Position numbers and translations under genes: made by a program. Shown one piece after another: positions 35,451 to 58,468 of a stretch of DNA of 64,000 nucleotides. The DNA comes from the human T2T-CHM13v2.0 reference genome, Homo sapiens. The first letter of the stretch is position 1; the number at the start of each line of letters is the position of its first letter. The stretch is from the NCBI RefSeq assembly GCF_009914755.1, contig NC_060925.1; one strand, written 5' to 3'. The notes under the pieces were generated by a model. It was not told the origin of the DNA and searched no databases. It was given only the letters and a program-made list of their open reading frames with translations.

Positions 35451-36030
35451 AAAAGATAATTACACTACAAAATGGCAAAGCCCAGTGACAGAGACATTTG
35501 TGCATAGAATGGGAGCACTAGAGTCACCTAAGTGTTTGTGAAAAAGAGAAACAGATACTCACACAAACACTCATCATGAAGGCTTTCTGAAGGAGGTGAT
35601 GTCTGAGTTCAGTCTAAAAGGCCTGGGGCCAGGCACCGTGGCTCACGCCTGTAATCCCAGCACTTTGGCAGGCCAAGGCAGGAGGATCACTTGAGTCCAG
35701 GAATACAAGACCAGCCTGGGCAACAGAGAAAAATCCCATCTCTACAAAAAATTTAAAACTAGCCAGGTGTGGTGGCATGTATCTATAAGTCCCAGCTACT
35801 TGGGAGGCTGAGGCAGGAGGATTGCTTGAGCCCAGGAGGTTGAGGCTGCAAGTGAGCCAAGATCATGTCACAGCACTCCAGCTTGGGAGACAGAGCAAGA
35901 CTCTGCCTCAACAACAACAAAACAAACAAATAAAAAGCCTGGGTTTGCCAGGGGACTAGGGGGCGTAGGATAAGGAGCTACATCTCGTTGTGGCAATAAG
36001 AAACCCCCCTCTTCATGGCTGGGCCTCTAG

Positions 36031-36318
<288 letters not shown>

Positions 36319-36411
36319 TAAGCCTAAAGTGCTGGGATTACAGGCACGAACCACCGCACCTGGCCCCATTCCACTCGATTCCCAGAGTCAATCAGGGAGC
36401 CTGGCACATAA

Positions 36412-36603
<192 letters not shown>

Positions 36604-36739
36604 TAGTAGGGACGGAGTTTCACCATGTTGGCCAGGCTGGTTTCTAACTCCTGACCTCAGGTGATCTGCCGGCCTCGGCCTCCCAAAGTGCTGGGATAAT
36701 AGGCATGAGCCACCACGCACAACCAATAGCTTTTTAAAA

Positions 36740-37680
36740 TAAATATTCAAATATTTATTGCATGCTTGCTGTGTGCCAGACACCGTTCCAGAATACAATG
36801 GTGAACAAGAAAGCCTAAGTCCTGCCCTCACGAGGCTGACATGGGAGAAAGGGAGACAGAAAATAAATAAGTAAAATAATAAATGTATAACACAATTTCA
36901 GGTAATAAGCGTAAGAAGAAAACTGAAGCTGATTAAAAAGAAGAGTGAGGTGGCAGGAAAGCCTGTTTTAGGGAGAGGTCAGGGTAGGCCTCTCAGCCAA
37001 GGGGACACATGGGTGGCATCTGAAGGAAGTGGGTGTGAACCATCTGGACAGTGGAGGAAGAACATTCCATGAGAGAAAAGGGCATGTGCAAAGGCCCTGA
37101 GGCAGGAGTGAGCTCAGCATGTCTGAGGAACAGCGAGACTGCCTATGGATGCAGAGGGCGAGGGGCAGCACATCCTAGGGGCACAGAGAGGTGCCAGGAC
37201 CCAAGGTGGGTTAACCCTGTAGGACAGCGTCCCCACGCACAGCGCAGGATGGGTCAGCAGGAGGATGATGTGATCAGATTTATGATTAAAAACAATCACT
37301 CTGACTGCCAAGTGAAGATCAGACTATGAGGGTGAAGAAGCCAGGCTGGAAACAGGACTTGGTGGTCGTGGGGGAAGGGTGAAGAGTAGCTGGGCCAGGA
37401 GATGACCTGAAGTCAGATAGATGTGGCCTGCAGGTGATGCAGGAGTCCATGATGACGCCTAAGTTTCTGACCAAGCAGCTAAGTGGATGGTGGAGTCATT
37501 TACTGAAACAGGGAAAAGGGGGAGGAAGGGTGTGGGGGAGAAGGCCAAGGCCACATTTTGGACATGTGAAGTGTGAGATGCTCGTGGGATATCCAGCAAA
37601 GGTGAAAGGTAGGTGGTTGGACAGGAGTCTGGAGCTCAGGGAGCCATCAGCATGGTGACCCATGTGGACAAGCTTAACTC
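36740..37680 (-). mobile_element. L2 LINE fragment
   Basis: 'aaatatttattg...tgtgtgccagacaccgttc...gtgaacaag...tcctgccctca...gcaaaggccctgaggcagga' resembles the L2 3' region. Confidence 0.65.
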
Positions 37681-38423
37681 GGTGATTTCACTGAAAGTCC
37701 TGGGACTGGGCGGCGTGATTGCCCAGGGCATGGGTTCTCAGTGGTATCATACTGCCCCCTAGGGGCTACCAGAAACTGCAGTCTATTTTTGGTGGTCAGT
37801 AATACGGTGCTACTGGCATTGGAAGGAAGGGATCAGGGAGGGACTCTAGATGTCCTGCAGTCTCCTACGTAATGGAGAGTTACTCTAAATCCTGGACTTT
37901 CAAAAGCCCTGAATAACATTCATGTAGATAAGAAAAATCTATTTATAATGATCTGAGCCTACACCCTAACTCCATGTTCCATATAAATCCAAAGAATTAT
38001 TTTTTTGTATCAAATTTTTCCAGAAATCAACCCATCCTGTCACTTTTCATTTCTTTTTGCTCAGAATTTTACCAAGAGATTTTTACTATTTCAAAACATC
38101 ATGTTACTTTGATTCTGCCAAAACAACACACCTGAATCAGTCCACACTACTAAGTGCAGCTCTAGGCAGAAGTACACATGTTCAAGTACTTCATACATGT
38201 AGTTGCTTCCAAGCATTTGAATACTGAAATGCATATTATGTTATTACAAATTGTTTTCCTTTAATTTCCCTTTATATTACAACTATGAAATAATACTGTG
38301 GGGTTTTTCGTTTGAGACAGAGTCTCACTCTGTCACCCAGGCTGGAGTCCAAATGGTGCAATCTTGGCTCATTGCAACCTCTGCCTCCCCAGCTCAAGCC
38401 ATCCTCCTACCTCAGCCTCCTGA

Positions 38424-38609
<186 letters not shown>

Positions 38610-40259
38610 TAATTAGGCATTCACTGGAAGGGTGCAGAGCTGTGACTTCCATCTCAGCACACTAGAGCATGAGCTGTAAGAGGCAGGTGCTAGGGTAAAA
38701 GGGTGAGAACTATTGAGGTAAAGAGTGAATACAGATACAGAAAAGCCATGGTGAGCACTGGGTCCCTCCAAAAATTTAGAGACTAGGAGGAGGAAGAGAC
38801 AAGGGAAGAGACTGAGGGAAGACACCATGGGGCAAAAGGTAGGAGAAGAGGGAGGCCACCATTGTCACAGGAAGGCAAGCAGGCCAGGCAGGAGAGAATG
38901 ATGCAGGCAGGGGAGTAGATCTGGCTGCAGGAAGACTAAATAGTTCTCTTCTGATTGTTTCTATAAATAAGCGACACCATCAGCTGAGAGGGAGAGTGTA
39001 TGAAGCAATGCTGGAGGGCTGAGGAGTGAAGAAAAGGCGTGTTTTCCAGTCAGACGATGGATGACAAGTACCTCCAGCAATCTGGGAGGACCACTGGGCA
39101 TTGCTCAAGGTGCCCTTAAGACCTGAGCTCCTCAACTCAAGAGGGACCAGATAGCTCAGGGCTGTGCTTTTCTCTAGCACACAGAGTTCTGCACTACGTA
39201 AGAAGGAGCACGAGAGAGGCAGCGGGATCCTTGGCAAGAGGAAGGAGAGTGCATGCAGCGACGGCGCGTGAGATGTGAGTGAGGCAACAGGGCAGTGTGG
39301 TGTGGGTGGATGGGCAGCGCATCTATGAGTCTAGGACACGTGCCAACCATGAAAAGCCCCAAAAGGATGACGTGCTGTCACATGAGGAAATCTGAATATG
39401 CACTGCAGTTGAGAGAATAGTATTGTAGCAGTGTTTGTTTTCTGATTTTGAGAACTATGTCCTGGTAACATTAAAAATACCCTGTTTCTTATGAAATACA
39501 TGCTGAAGTATTTAGTGGTAGAGGAACATGAACTCTCCAACTTACTTTCAAATGGCTCTAAAAAAATACGCACTGTCTATAAAAATACACAGAAGGAGAA
39601 TAAATAGGAAATGATGTTCACCAATATAAACAACTGGTGAACTTGAGTAAATGCCAGCAAAGGTGTATGGGGTTCATCGCACTATTCTTGTAACTCTTCC
39701 GTGAGCTTGACATTACATAAAATAAAAAGTTACAAAAACAATAACAAGACACCCCTGTAGGAGCAGACCCAGGCGTCTATGCTTCTTCCTCTTTTAATGA
39801 AAGGAGACAAATGGGAACTGAAATAACCCAAAATAAAAAACAGAAAAGCTTTTCAAAGCCCAAAGCTAACTCCACCCTAGCAAGGCTGAACGGTTCTCCT
39901 GTGTCTGGTAGCTGGGTCTCCTCCAGATTCCCTGTTTCTCAGCCAGAACCACGGCTCATCCTTCCACCCTGCACGGCCAGCTGCCCTCGCCCAGCCTCCC
40001 TTGTCACCACACGATGAGTGGTTCCTACCTGGTCCTGTGTGTTTGAAGATAAAGTTTTCATCATCAAATTTCTTCTTGTAGATGGACTTACCCCTGGTGC
40101 CACCGTGGTTTGTGAAATCACTGCCCTGGCAAATGAACTGGGGGATAATGCGGTGGAAGCTGCTTCCCTTGAAGCCGAGTCCTTTAAATGGGTGCACATG
40201 TAGAGAAAATTCTCTGGGATTGAGAAAGAGAAAAGTGCTGAGGTAAGAATATCTAACTA

Positions 40260-40460
<201 letters not shown>

Positions 40461-40902
40461 CTAGGCATGGTGGCACACTCCTAGGTGACAAAGTGAGACC
40501 CTGTCTCTGAAATAAAATACACACACACCCCCAAACTCCAGCTCTCCAAATCTAAAAAAGTACATAGTACCTTTATTTAAACTAAATGCTTAAGTGTGGA
40601 AGTGGCACACAAATAGATAGAACAGACTAGGTGAAAAGAAGAGAAAGTCCCGAATAGACCCAGAAACGTATGAAAATTCAGTATTTCAGCTAGGCATGGT
40701 GGCTCACATCTGTAATCTCAGTACTTGGGGAGGCCAAGGCAGGAGGATTGCCTGAGCAGAGGAGTTGGAGACCAGCCTGGGCAACACGGCAAGACCTCAT
40801 CTCTATTAAAATATATACATAGGCCAGGTGCGGTGGCTCGGGTCTGTAATCCCAGCACTTTGGGAGGCCGAGGTGGGTGGATCACCTGAGGTCAGGAGTT
40901 CA

Positions 40903-41067
<165 letters not shown>

Positions 41068-41117
41068 TTACTCCAGCCTGGGCAACAAGAGTGAAATTCC
41101 GTCTCAAAAAAAAAAAA

Positions 41118-41154
<37 letters not shown>

Positions 41155-41258
41155 TATACAAAAATGTATATATATGTGTATGTATGTATATGTGTGTGTA
41201 TATATGCATATATATGTGTGTGTGTGTGTGTGTGCGTGTGTATATATATATATATATA
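41118..41258. repeat. Compound (TA)n(CA)n...(TG)n(TA)n microsatellite grown from an Alu tail
   Basis: Directly visible low-complexity sequence with quasi-palindromic arrangement. Confidence 0.9.
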
Positions 41259-41470
41259 TAAAGGAATTAAATATTTCATAAAGCTTGGCATCTTAAATCA
41301 CTGGGTCAAAGATGGACTTTCTATAAACTGGTCTTAGGACAACTGAATAAACATTTGGACTCCCCCACCCAATTATGCTAGGCAGCGATGACCTGAGAAG
41401 GTATATAATGACCAGGAGCTCAAATCCCCACAGACAAAGGTCTAGGTCACCCCACCTGATAAGCCATTTA

Positions 41471-41926
<456 letters not shown>

Positions 41927-42409
41927 TTATTATAGAACGATTTTCTTTAAACTATGTGCAATTATGACTTTAAGAAACATTTTTAAAAGCTAGATTAAGA
42001 CAAAAAAGATTATGGGTAAAAAAAGGTCATCATGAATACTTAAGAAAAAAAGGAAAACACAACTGTCAATTGTAGCTACCTCTGGGAGATGGGCTGAATA
42101 GTAAGGAGAGAAAGTTTTAGTTTCTGATTGATACCCTTAAAAATAGTACTTTTCTGGCTGGGTGCGGCCGCTCATGTCTGTAATCCCAGCATTTTGGGAG
42201 GCCGAGGTAAGAGGATCACTTGAGTCCAGTTCAAGACCAGACTGGACAACATGGCAAAACCCACCATCTCTACAAAAAAAAATACAAAAGGGCTGGGTGC
42301 GGTGGCTCATGCCTGTAATCCCAGCACTTTGGGAGGCCGAGACGGGCAGATCACAAGGTCAGGAGATCGAGACCATCCTGGCTAACATGGTGAAACCCCG
42401 TCTCTATTA

Positions 42410-43330
<921 letters not shown>

Positions 43331-43425
43331 CGACTGGAACAGGGGAAAAATACATATACGCATCTGTGTGTAATGTATGTAAAGAAAATGATAAAGCATA
43401 CAGGGCAAAAAAAGGAAATTAATGA

Positions 43426-43653
<228 letters not shown>

Positions 43654-44784
43654 TAGAGATGGAGTCTTTTGCTGTGTTGCCCAGGCTGATCTCAAACTGC
43701 TGGACTCAAGTGATCCTCCCACCATGGCCTCCCAAAGTGCTGAGATTACAGGTGTGAACCACTGCACCTGGCCCCTTGAAATATTCTTACAGAATTCTTA
43801 TTCTATATATCTGTAAGTTTGAAAATATATCCAAATAAAATTACAAAAAAAAAAAAACCCTACAATAAAACCAAACCAGAGGATAATTAAAACTGTTTAG
43901 AACTTTTAGTTGCCTACCCTTTCTAATGGCTCTAAGCCTTTATAGAGCTTCAAAAATGCCTGCTGTGCCTCATTTGTTACTAGATGCTGGGATCTGAGAC
44001 GCCTCAGATGGAAATAGTGTTAAGGGCCCAGGACCCCAGGTAGCTTCCTCCCCATCTTGTTCAGCCACCAGTGTCCCACCGTCCTGACCATGGTGTCCCG
44101 CTCACCTGTGGTCATGGGCACGACGTCGGAACGCAGGAGGGTTTGGATGCAGCCAGCCGGCTTGTTCCCAATCTTGATGTCCATGTACACCTGAGGATTT
44201 GACTAGGCCTTTTTTAGCAGTGGGCTCTCCCTAGGTGCAGAAGAAATTGCTAGAGAGCTCCCTGATGCCCCAAGTAGGAGTGCGAGTATTCTACACACCC
44301 ACCCAGAACACAACTCCAGTGAGTAGGCTGGAGCAAGTGCTGATGAGGAAGGCCTTGGGCCCTGACAGGGCTGCAGAAGGCAGGAGCCACGGCCGTAGCA
44401 CCCAGCTGGATGCCCAGTGACGGGAGACCTCAGCACTGTCTAACCTGAGGCCCACACACAGGCATGTTATCTCATCAGACTCACCCTCAGAAGCATCAGT
44501 TTCCTTCTCCTGCCCCGCAGTCCCAGAACAGCGCTTTTCTTGCCCATGATCCACAACTCTCAACATCTTCAAATGCCAGCTCCAATCTACCCACTGTCTT
44601 CCAATTAAACGAAACCATCCATGTGCCACCCCCTCCTCCCTCTAGACTTGGCCCTGCACATATGCTGGCTGGCTACCTGGAAGCAACCGGGCAGCCCTCT
44701 TGCTCAGGCCTGAGGGCAAGTTTTCAGAAGATAGTGGAGGATGCTGGGCCTTTTTGCTTTGTGCTCCAAGACAAGACTGGATAG

Positions 44785-44973
<189 letters not shown>

Positions 44974-45374
44974 TAGCTGGGATTAAAGGCACGTGCCACC
45001 ATGCCCGGCTAACTTTTGTATTTTTAGTAGAGACAGGTTTCACCACGTTGGTCAGGCTGGTCTCGAACTCCTGACCTCGTGATCTGCCCGCCTTGGCCTG
45101 ACAAAATGCTGGGATTACAGGCGTGAGCCACCACGTCCGGCCAACTCTATTGTTTTTTTGGATTAATAGTTCAACATACAGGTATTGAGCTATCAGGCCA
45201 AGTACTGGGATTCTTAAATAGATATAGTTGGGTGGGGTGTCTCACACTGTAATCCCAGCACTTTGGGAGGCCAAGGCAAGAGGACTGCTTGAGCCCAGGA
45301 GTTCTGAGATCAATCTGGGCAACACAGTGCGACCCTGTCTCTACAAAATAAAAAATGAAAAATGTAGCTGGTTA

Positions 45375-45840
<466 letters not shown>

Positions 45841-47757
45841 TAATTTCAATATAATGCAGTCACATTTCTATATAATCACATTTCAATATAATGCCAGGAC
45901 AGAGGGTGCCACAGGAACCCAGAGGCCATGGGAGCCCAGAGTGATACTTGCCTTACTCACTGGAGGATTCAGAAAAGCTTCCTGGAGAAGGCAGTAAATG
46001 GGCTGCGCTATGAGAAATGAGCAGGCATTAGCCACATAAAATAAATTGGAAAAGGACACTGCAGGCAGAGGAATGACTTACATCAAAACAGAGATTTACA
46101 GGTATCTACAAACTCTTGTTTCCTAGAATATAAAATGGAGATAAAATATGGAGACATAAGCAGGAATCAGAACATAGAGAGGTCTTCTGTCCCTTTTGAT
46201 GGAGGCTGGACTCAATCCTATAAATCAAGGGAGTCCCTAGAATGCTTAAGGAGAGTGAGATAGTCAGATCTGCCCTTTAGAAAGCTCCCTCTGGCTGCTA
46301 AGGATAGGAGGAAAACAGGCCTGGGGCAGGGAGACCAGTTAGGAAGCTACTCCAATTATTCACAGGAGAGAGGATAAGGCCTCAGCCAAGACAACAGTGG
46401 CAGAAGAAAACTGGAGAGGAGAAACGCAAGATTTAAAAGATAAAATTAGCAGGGTATGGTAATGCATTAGGTATGAAATACAGTGAGGGATCTAAGCTGG
46501 CACCAAGGAATCTGGTTTGGGTGTGACTATGTTGAAGATGGCAAAGTGAACTAAGATTGGGCATAAAAAAAGACCAGAAAGGTGATGAAACCCATTTGGG
46601 ATATGCTTTATTTATGGTGCCTATAAGACACCCAAACAGAAATATGTGAAAGGTCAGGGCTAGGGATAGAGATCAGAATATCATTCGGACAATGAAAGAT
46701 CGTTATAACCTTAGGAGATAGAAGGGGCTGACATGGCATAAGGATAATGTGGAGAGAGGTGCTGAGGGCTAAGGAAGGAATTCAGGGAAATATCACTGCT
46801 CAAAGGGTGGACTGAGGAGGAGGAGCCCTTAAATTATCCTGGGAAGCAACAGTCAGGATGGCCTGATGGAGAAGCAGGAGCAAGTGGAGAGGGCAGGGAG
46901 AGCCTTGTGCCTGTGTACTGACTGAGGGGAAGGGACCTCTACATGATTCTGCCCCCTTGGAATTAGGGCAAGAACAGGAAGACAGTGAGCCTGCTGCCAA
47001 AGACTAGGAGGATAGCGGATGCTGGTGATGCAGAGTACTCACCATCCTTTCTCACCTCAGATATCCGCCTTGCTCAGCAGCAATCACAAATACCTGAGCC
47101 CACATAAGATATTTCTCACCTAGATAAGAAAGCCAAAACTTCTCCTTTAAATTCACCCAACACCACTCACCTCAGAAATTCCCTATGTGGAAAGCAGCAG
47201 CCTCTCCTATGGAAGCATGAACTGTCATTCTTACCTCCTGGCTTTCTGCTTTGGGAAGTCTCAACCACCTTCCTCTTTATCCTCTTCCCAGCAAACTTCT
47301 CCACCCAGTCTTCATCTGACCAAACTGAAAGGAAGGAATCAAACGAATGTTAAGAAATTCAAGCCATGAGCCAATAGCTAATTAGCTATGTCCAGTTCTT
47401 CACTGCTTTGGTCAGCGAAGTGGACTCAATATGTAGGGTTTCAGTCAGAAGTTCCCTCTTAGGAACTCTCCAAGACAAGAAAAGTTGTCACTGGTAAGTG
47501 TCAGGCCCTAAGTCCAGCTCTTAACAGAAGTGAATGAGAATAAGGAGGAGGAACTAAGTCAAGCCAAAAGGAATGTCCCAGCCTGTGCCAAGGCTGATAT
47601 GGCATAGTCTACGTCTATGTCCAAAAGCTAGACTTTTGGACATAGACTGGGGCCGTACCTCCAGCTTTGCTAAGAATCTCAAAGTGGTTATTTCCATGGA
47701 GGTGCTACATTCTCTTCTGCACTATAAACCACTCTACTTGTGTTCATACCATCACTA

Positions 47758-48189
<432 letters not shown>

Positions 48190-48939
48190 TCATTGGTTTG
48201 GCCAAATTGACAGAAATTGTCCACCCAAAGAGCTCAGATTCATTCTGAAAAGACTGAAATACAACTCAGCTGCTTAAACCTGTTGGGTTAAAAGAATACC
48301 TGACAGTCTTCCATTTACTTCCCAGGAGGCTGAGACCTGCTTGTGATTCCAAGCCTGGGAGCCTGCACCCCATAAGCAGGCTAAGCACAAAACTAACCAC
48401 TAGAATGCCCTTGAGCCACCATGCACTTCCTTTCTTTAATACCAACAAACAGGAAGGTCTGTGCTGGCAAGATCTTTGGATTTGAGCTCAGGACTCTCTG
48501 AAACTATAAGGGTAAATGCAGTTACCAAGTACTTGAGTCCACCTTAGAAAGTCAAGATCAGCTTTCAACTGGAGAAAAATGGTATTGTTGACTGTTGAGG
48601 GGCATGTTTGATGAAGGCGTAACAAAGAACATGGAATGAAGTGTAGGAATATTTCATTAGCCAAGAACAACTGATACTTCGAGAGAAGTTTGTTTTGGGC
48701 CTTTTCATGAGAACTAAAAGTTATATGAAAAAAAGATTCCTTAATTTAGTAAGACTGAGGTTATAATTACAGGTATGTCCTTTGTTCTTAGAAAAAAGAT
48801 GGATCAGGTACTAATTTTATTCCCAGTAATTAAAAAAAAAATGGAATGCTAGCATTAAATGACATCCTTGTTTCATATTTAGTCATGAATATCAATCACA
48901 AAAATAAAAAGCAGGGGGCAGGGGGCATTTAAGGGTTTT

Positions 48940-49435
48940 GTGGTAGGCAGAATGGCTCTCCAAAGATGTCCACAGCCTATTTCTCAGAACCTGTGACTAT
49001 GTTATGTTATATGACAGGAAAGAATTAAGGTTGCAGATGTAAGGTTGCAGATGTAAGGTTGCTAGTTAACCTTAAAATAAAATTATTATCTGGGATTATT
49101 CAGATGGACCCAATGTAATCACAAGAGTCATCTAAATATGGAAAAGAGAAGTAGAGAGTTTCAAAGTGATGCAGTGTGAGAAAGATTTGAGACGCCATTG
49201 CTGGTTTTGAAGTGGAAGGGGCCAAGAGCCAAATAATGTGGGTAGCCTCTAGAAGCTGGGAAAGGCAAGGAAACAGATTCTCCTTGGAGCCCCCAGAAGC
49301 AACAGAGCCCTGGCAACACCTTGATTTTAGCCCAGTGAGACCCCTTTTGGGTTTCTGACCTCTAAAATTGTAAGATAAATTTGTGTTGTTTTAAGCCACT
49401 AAATTTGTAGTAATTTGTTACAGTGGCAATAAGAA
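48940..49435 (+). mobile_element. MaLR (MLT1C/D-like) solo LTR
   Basis: Starts tgtggtaggcagaat; contains 'ccttgattttagcccagtgagacc...tgttgttttaagccactaaatttgtagtaatttgttacag'. Confidence 0.75.
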
Positions 49436-49456
49436 TTAAAATCATTTTCTTTTTTA

Positions 49457-49870
<414 letters not shown>

Positions 49871-50021
49871 TTATAAATGTGAGCCACCACACTCTGCCTC
49901 AAATCATTTTCTTTTGAAGCACTCAATTTGTCATAATCCTTGCAGATTTTCTCTTCTTCAGGTGTTAATTGGTTTAAGAGAGCCTAACTCTTCAATGGCT
50001 GTTTTTGACTACAGCTAATCA

Positions 50022-50420
<399 letters not shown>

Positions 50421-50454
50421 TCAGGTTACATTTTATTTGCAGTACACTGTCCTA

Positions 50455-50925
<471 letters not shown>

Positions 50926-50998
50926 AAAATGGTCAAGAGATTGGCCAACAAACGTGGTTGGTATTTAACAAATGTGAAATGAGAAGGATGTCTGGTTA

Positions 50999-51184
<186 letters not shown>

Positions 51185-51887
51185 TCAGGAGGCTGAGGTA
51201 GGAGTATCACGTGAACTGGGAAGGCAGAGGTTGCAGTGAGCTGAGATTGCATCACTGCGCTCCAGCCTGGGTAATAGAGCAGACTCAGTCTCAGAAAAAA
51301 AAAAAAAAAAAAAATTAATTTTATTGGTAGCTAGTTCATGGTGAATTATTTCAAATAACGATGACCTGTGCTTGCTACAGAACTTTGAAACTATGGAAAT
51401 TGGAAACACAATAGGTACATGGGTGTTCCCTATACCAAAAAGTAGCACCAAATAACAGCTTCAGTAAAAAACAAAGATGCTCAGCCATACCATGTTGTTG
51501 ACAGCTGCTGCAACATCCTGCCAAAAATAAACAAGGAAAAAGTTCATGCCCATAGTTCAACTCTTCTTACAGTGTTCAAATAAAAACTCAGTAGCACAAG
51601 CACACAAAAAAAGACACAATCTCCCCTCCTACTTGCCTAGACTGTGTTTTACTAAGAGTGTGTACTGCCTGTTAGAGCTGGTGGTATACAGATGGGTGCC
51701 CAGTTGATGGAGGGAGAGAATACACACAATAAAACAGGAATGAGCAATGCCAGGCCGGAGGGCTCAGGCCTCTCCAAGACCTGTCTTCTATACTCTGAAT
51801 ACAGGAGGGGAACTTTGAGCCGGGCCTGGTGGGCCATACTTCAACCAGAACTTCCTGTTTCTCTGCAAAAGCCACTACCAAGCCACT

Positions 51888-52640
51888 ATAGTGGGATGAA
51901 TAGTGTCGCCCAAAATTCATGTCTGCCTAAACCTCAGAATCGGACTTTATTTAGAAATAGGGTCTTTGGGGTGGTGGGCTGGGTGCAGTAGCTCACATGT
52001 AATCTCAGTGCTTTGGAGAACTGAGGTGGGAGGATGACTTGAGGCTAGGAGTTGAAGATGAGCCTGAGCAATATAGTGAGACCCCCATCTCTATAAAAAT
52101 TTTAAAAATTAGGCAGACATGGTGATGTGCACCTATAGTCCTAGCTACTTGGGAGGCTGAGGTAGCAGGATCATTTGAGCCCAGGAGTTTGAGGCAGCAG
52201 TGAGCTGTAATCACACCACTGCACTCCAGCTTGGGTGATAGAGTGAGACCTTGTCTCAAAAAAAAAAAAAAAAAAAAGAAGTAGGGCCTTCACAGATGTA
52301 ATTAGTTAAGAAAAGGTCATACTGAATTGTTATGGACCCTAAATCCAATGACTGAATGACTGGTATCTTTATAAGAGAAGACAGAAACACATACAAGGAA
52401 GAAAGCCATGTGAAGACAGGCAGAGACTAGAGTGATACTACAAGCCAAGGAATTGTGAGGAACCACTAGAAGCCAGGAAGGCAAGTAAAGAGTCTTCCTG
52501 AGAGCCTTCAGAGGAGCATGGCCCTGCCAACACCTTGATTTTGGACCTCTAGTCTCCAGAATTGTGAGATAATAAATTTCTGTTGTTTTAAGCCACCCAA
52601 ATGTATGATAATTTGTTACAACAGCCCAAGGAAACTACCA
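51888..52640 (+). mobile_element. MaLR (MLT1B-like) solo LTR interrupted by an Alu (~51977-52278)
   Basis: 'gaatagtgtcgcccaaaattcatgt...ccctgccaacaccttgattttggac...aataaatttctgttgttttaagccacc'. Confidence 0.7.
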
Positions 52641-52945
52641 CATCCATCCAAACAGACTGACACCTTTGGTAATCAATGACAAGAGTGACACTAGTCAAAT
52701 ATTAAAAGGAAAACTTCTTACCTCTGCCAACTCAAATTCAACAAAAGAGAATCCTTGGTGCTTTTCTGCAAAAGCAGAAATGGGTTGTTAATATGTGAGC
52801 AATAGGAGGAAACACGCCATATCCAGATGTCATTTACAAAATGAAAGTCAAATTTTTAGATTTTTCTTGGTTTATTCAGCAACGCATCCAGAAATATTAG
52901 TCATTTCATTTTAAATAAATATACATAAACAATGAACTAATTTTA

Positions 52946-55584
<2,639 letters not shown>

Positions 55585-55823
55585 TTAACCAGGTAAGCAG
55601 AGGCCAAGGCTTCACTGCTGAGGCTGAGCTTCCCTGCTACACTCTGCTATTTAACAGCACAGCCGCCAGGAAGGGAGTTCGGGTGGGCAGATAAGGTAGA
55701 GTACACCTAACCAGCAGGTGATGTGAAACAAGAACCAAACGTTAAAATTTTTTTTCTAAGAGCTAGGCGCGGTGGCTCACGCCTGCAATCCCAGCACTTT
55801 GGGAGGAAGAGGCGGGCGGATCA

Positions 55824-56292
<469 letters not shown>

Positions 56293-56318
56293 TAGCCAGG
56301 ATGGTCTCGATCTCCTGA

Positions 56319-56697
<379 letters not shown>

Positions 56698-57769
56698 TAG
56701 CCAGGATGGTCTCGATCTCCTGACTTCGTGATCCGCCCGCCTCGGCCTCCCAAAGTGCTGCGATTACAGGTGTGAGCCACCGCGCCCAGCCAGATTGTTA
56801 ATTTTTGTAAATTTCAACCCATAGCCACACCATCATCCTAGCTCTGCTGTCCTCAGAACCTTCCTATTCCATCTCCAAGATCACCACCATGCTGACCTAG
56901 AGAGACATCCCCCTGAAATTCATTATATACCAGCCATACACAGAATGCTCATGACTTAAAATTTTTTCCTATTTTCCTGGCATCAGGAATCTTAAGAGGG
57001 ACTTTTCAGTGTCACCTGTTTCATAATACAGCAGAATCAGAATATCTGTGATGTTTCCAAAAGGAATAAAAGTAGCACAAAGAACTGTCCTTCACCCCCT
57101 TTGCAGATACCAAGAGCATTCTGAATCAATGTCTCCACACTTTTGGTGCAGTTGCTCCAACACCTTGTTAACATGAGCACAGGGAGGAGAGGAAGGGAGG
57201 GGTCCCAATACTCTTCTGGGTATAACAAAACCACTTGTGAGATACACTCCTCTCCCTATCCCTCTTCTGACCTACATTTTTTGCCCTGGTTTATGGTGAC
57301 AATTTCCTGAATGGGATCGCCTTCTTTTTCTCTCCTCCGTTATCCCAAGAAAATACAAATACGATTATATTACTCTTCTGGTTGGTATTCTTCAAAAGCA
57401 GTCCAATGGCCAACGGAGAAAAATCCACATTTCTTAGTATAGCATATACTAAGTATGGCCAGACTCTGGGTTTTGACTCTCGCTGCTTGTCTCCATTCAG
57501 GCAACAGCCTGGCTCCCACCTTGGCTGCTTGGTTAACTTTGCATCTTTCAAACCCATCTCTGGACTCAGAGCATCCCGAAAGTTTACCCTCACCTCTCCG
57601 GATGGGGCGGTCATTCCCCAGTCTGGTTTCAACATCACCGTCCATCATACAATCGCCATCACAGCATTCACCAACTCGTGCAGTGAGGCTGTTCTCGTAA
57701 TTTCCCAGCTATTCTGGGACCTCCTTCCTCTAATGGACCAGAGCTGTGGAGTTTGTGGAACGAACGAAT

Positions 57770-58130
57770 GAGGGCTGACGTCACGGTAGCAGATCGCAAC
57801 CACCACTCTGGGTCCAGGGTCAGAAGGGGTAGGGAAAAGGGATCTGGGCAGCTCTAGCAGGCACCACTCACAGGTCGAGAGCGTGAAGCACCACAAGAGA
57901 CCTGGCCCAGGATGCGTAGGGCCATGGGTCCGCACCCCGCCCACTCTGCCCACCCCCAGCTCAATCTTGGCACTGCCTGCGAGGACCCTGCCTTGCTCCA
58001 CACCACCCTACCCTTTGTGAACCCTCTCGGCGGCCGCCATCTTGCTTCCAGCGCTTCCGCCGGAAGCCCGCACCGTGCCCCACCCCATCCGGCACCAGAT
58101 TAAGGAAAGAAGGGGCCGTCCGGAAACAAG
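57770..58130 (-). promoter_or_regulatory. Retained CpG-rich housekeeping-type promoter/first exon of PPIEL
   Basis: YY1 motif GCCGCCATCTT (58033-58043) over the ATG. Inverted ETS/GABP pair GCTTCCGCCGGAAGC (58053-58067). CCGGAAA at ~58120. Full CRE TGACGTCA at 57776-57783. Confidence 0.75.
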
Positions 58131-58164
58131 GACATCTCCTTTAGATCTGTTAAGGTGACACCAG

Positions 58165-58468
58165 ATTTTTTTTTTTTTTTTTTTGAGACGGAGTCTCGCT
58201 CTGTCGCCCAGGCTGGAGTGCAGTGGCGCGATCTCGGCTCACTGCTAGCTCCGCCTCCCAGGTTCACGCCATTCTCCTGCCTCAGCCTCCCAAGAAGTTT
58301 TAACTACAGGTGCCCGCCACCACGCCCGGCTAATTTTTTTTGTATTTTTAGTAGAGACGGGGTTTCACCGTGTTAGCCAGGATGGTCTCGATCTCCTGAC
58401 CTTGTGATCCGCCCGCCTCGGCATCCCAAAGTGCTGGGATTACAGGCGTTAGCCACTGTGCCCAGCCG
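58165..58468 (-). mobile_element. AluY-type SINE
   Basis: Reverse AluY; TSD AGGTGACACCAGAT at 58153-58166 and 58469-58482. Confidence 0.9.
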
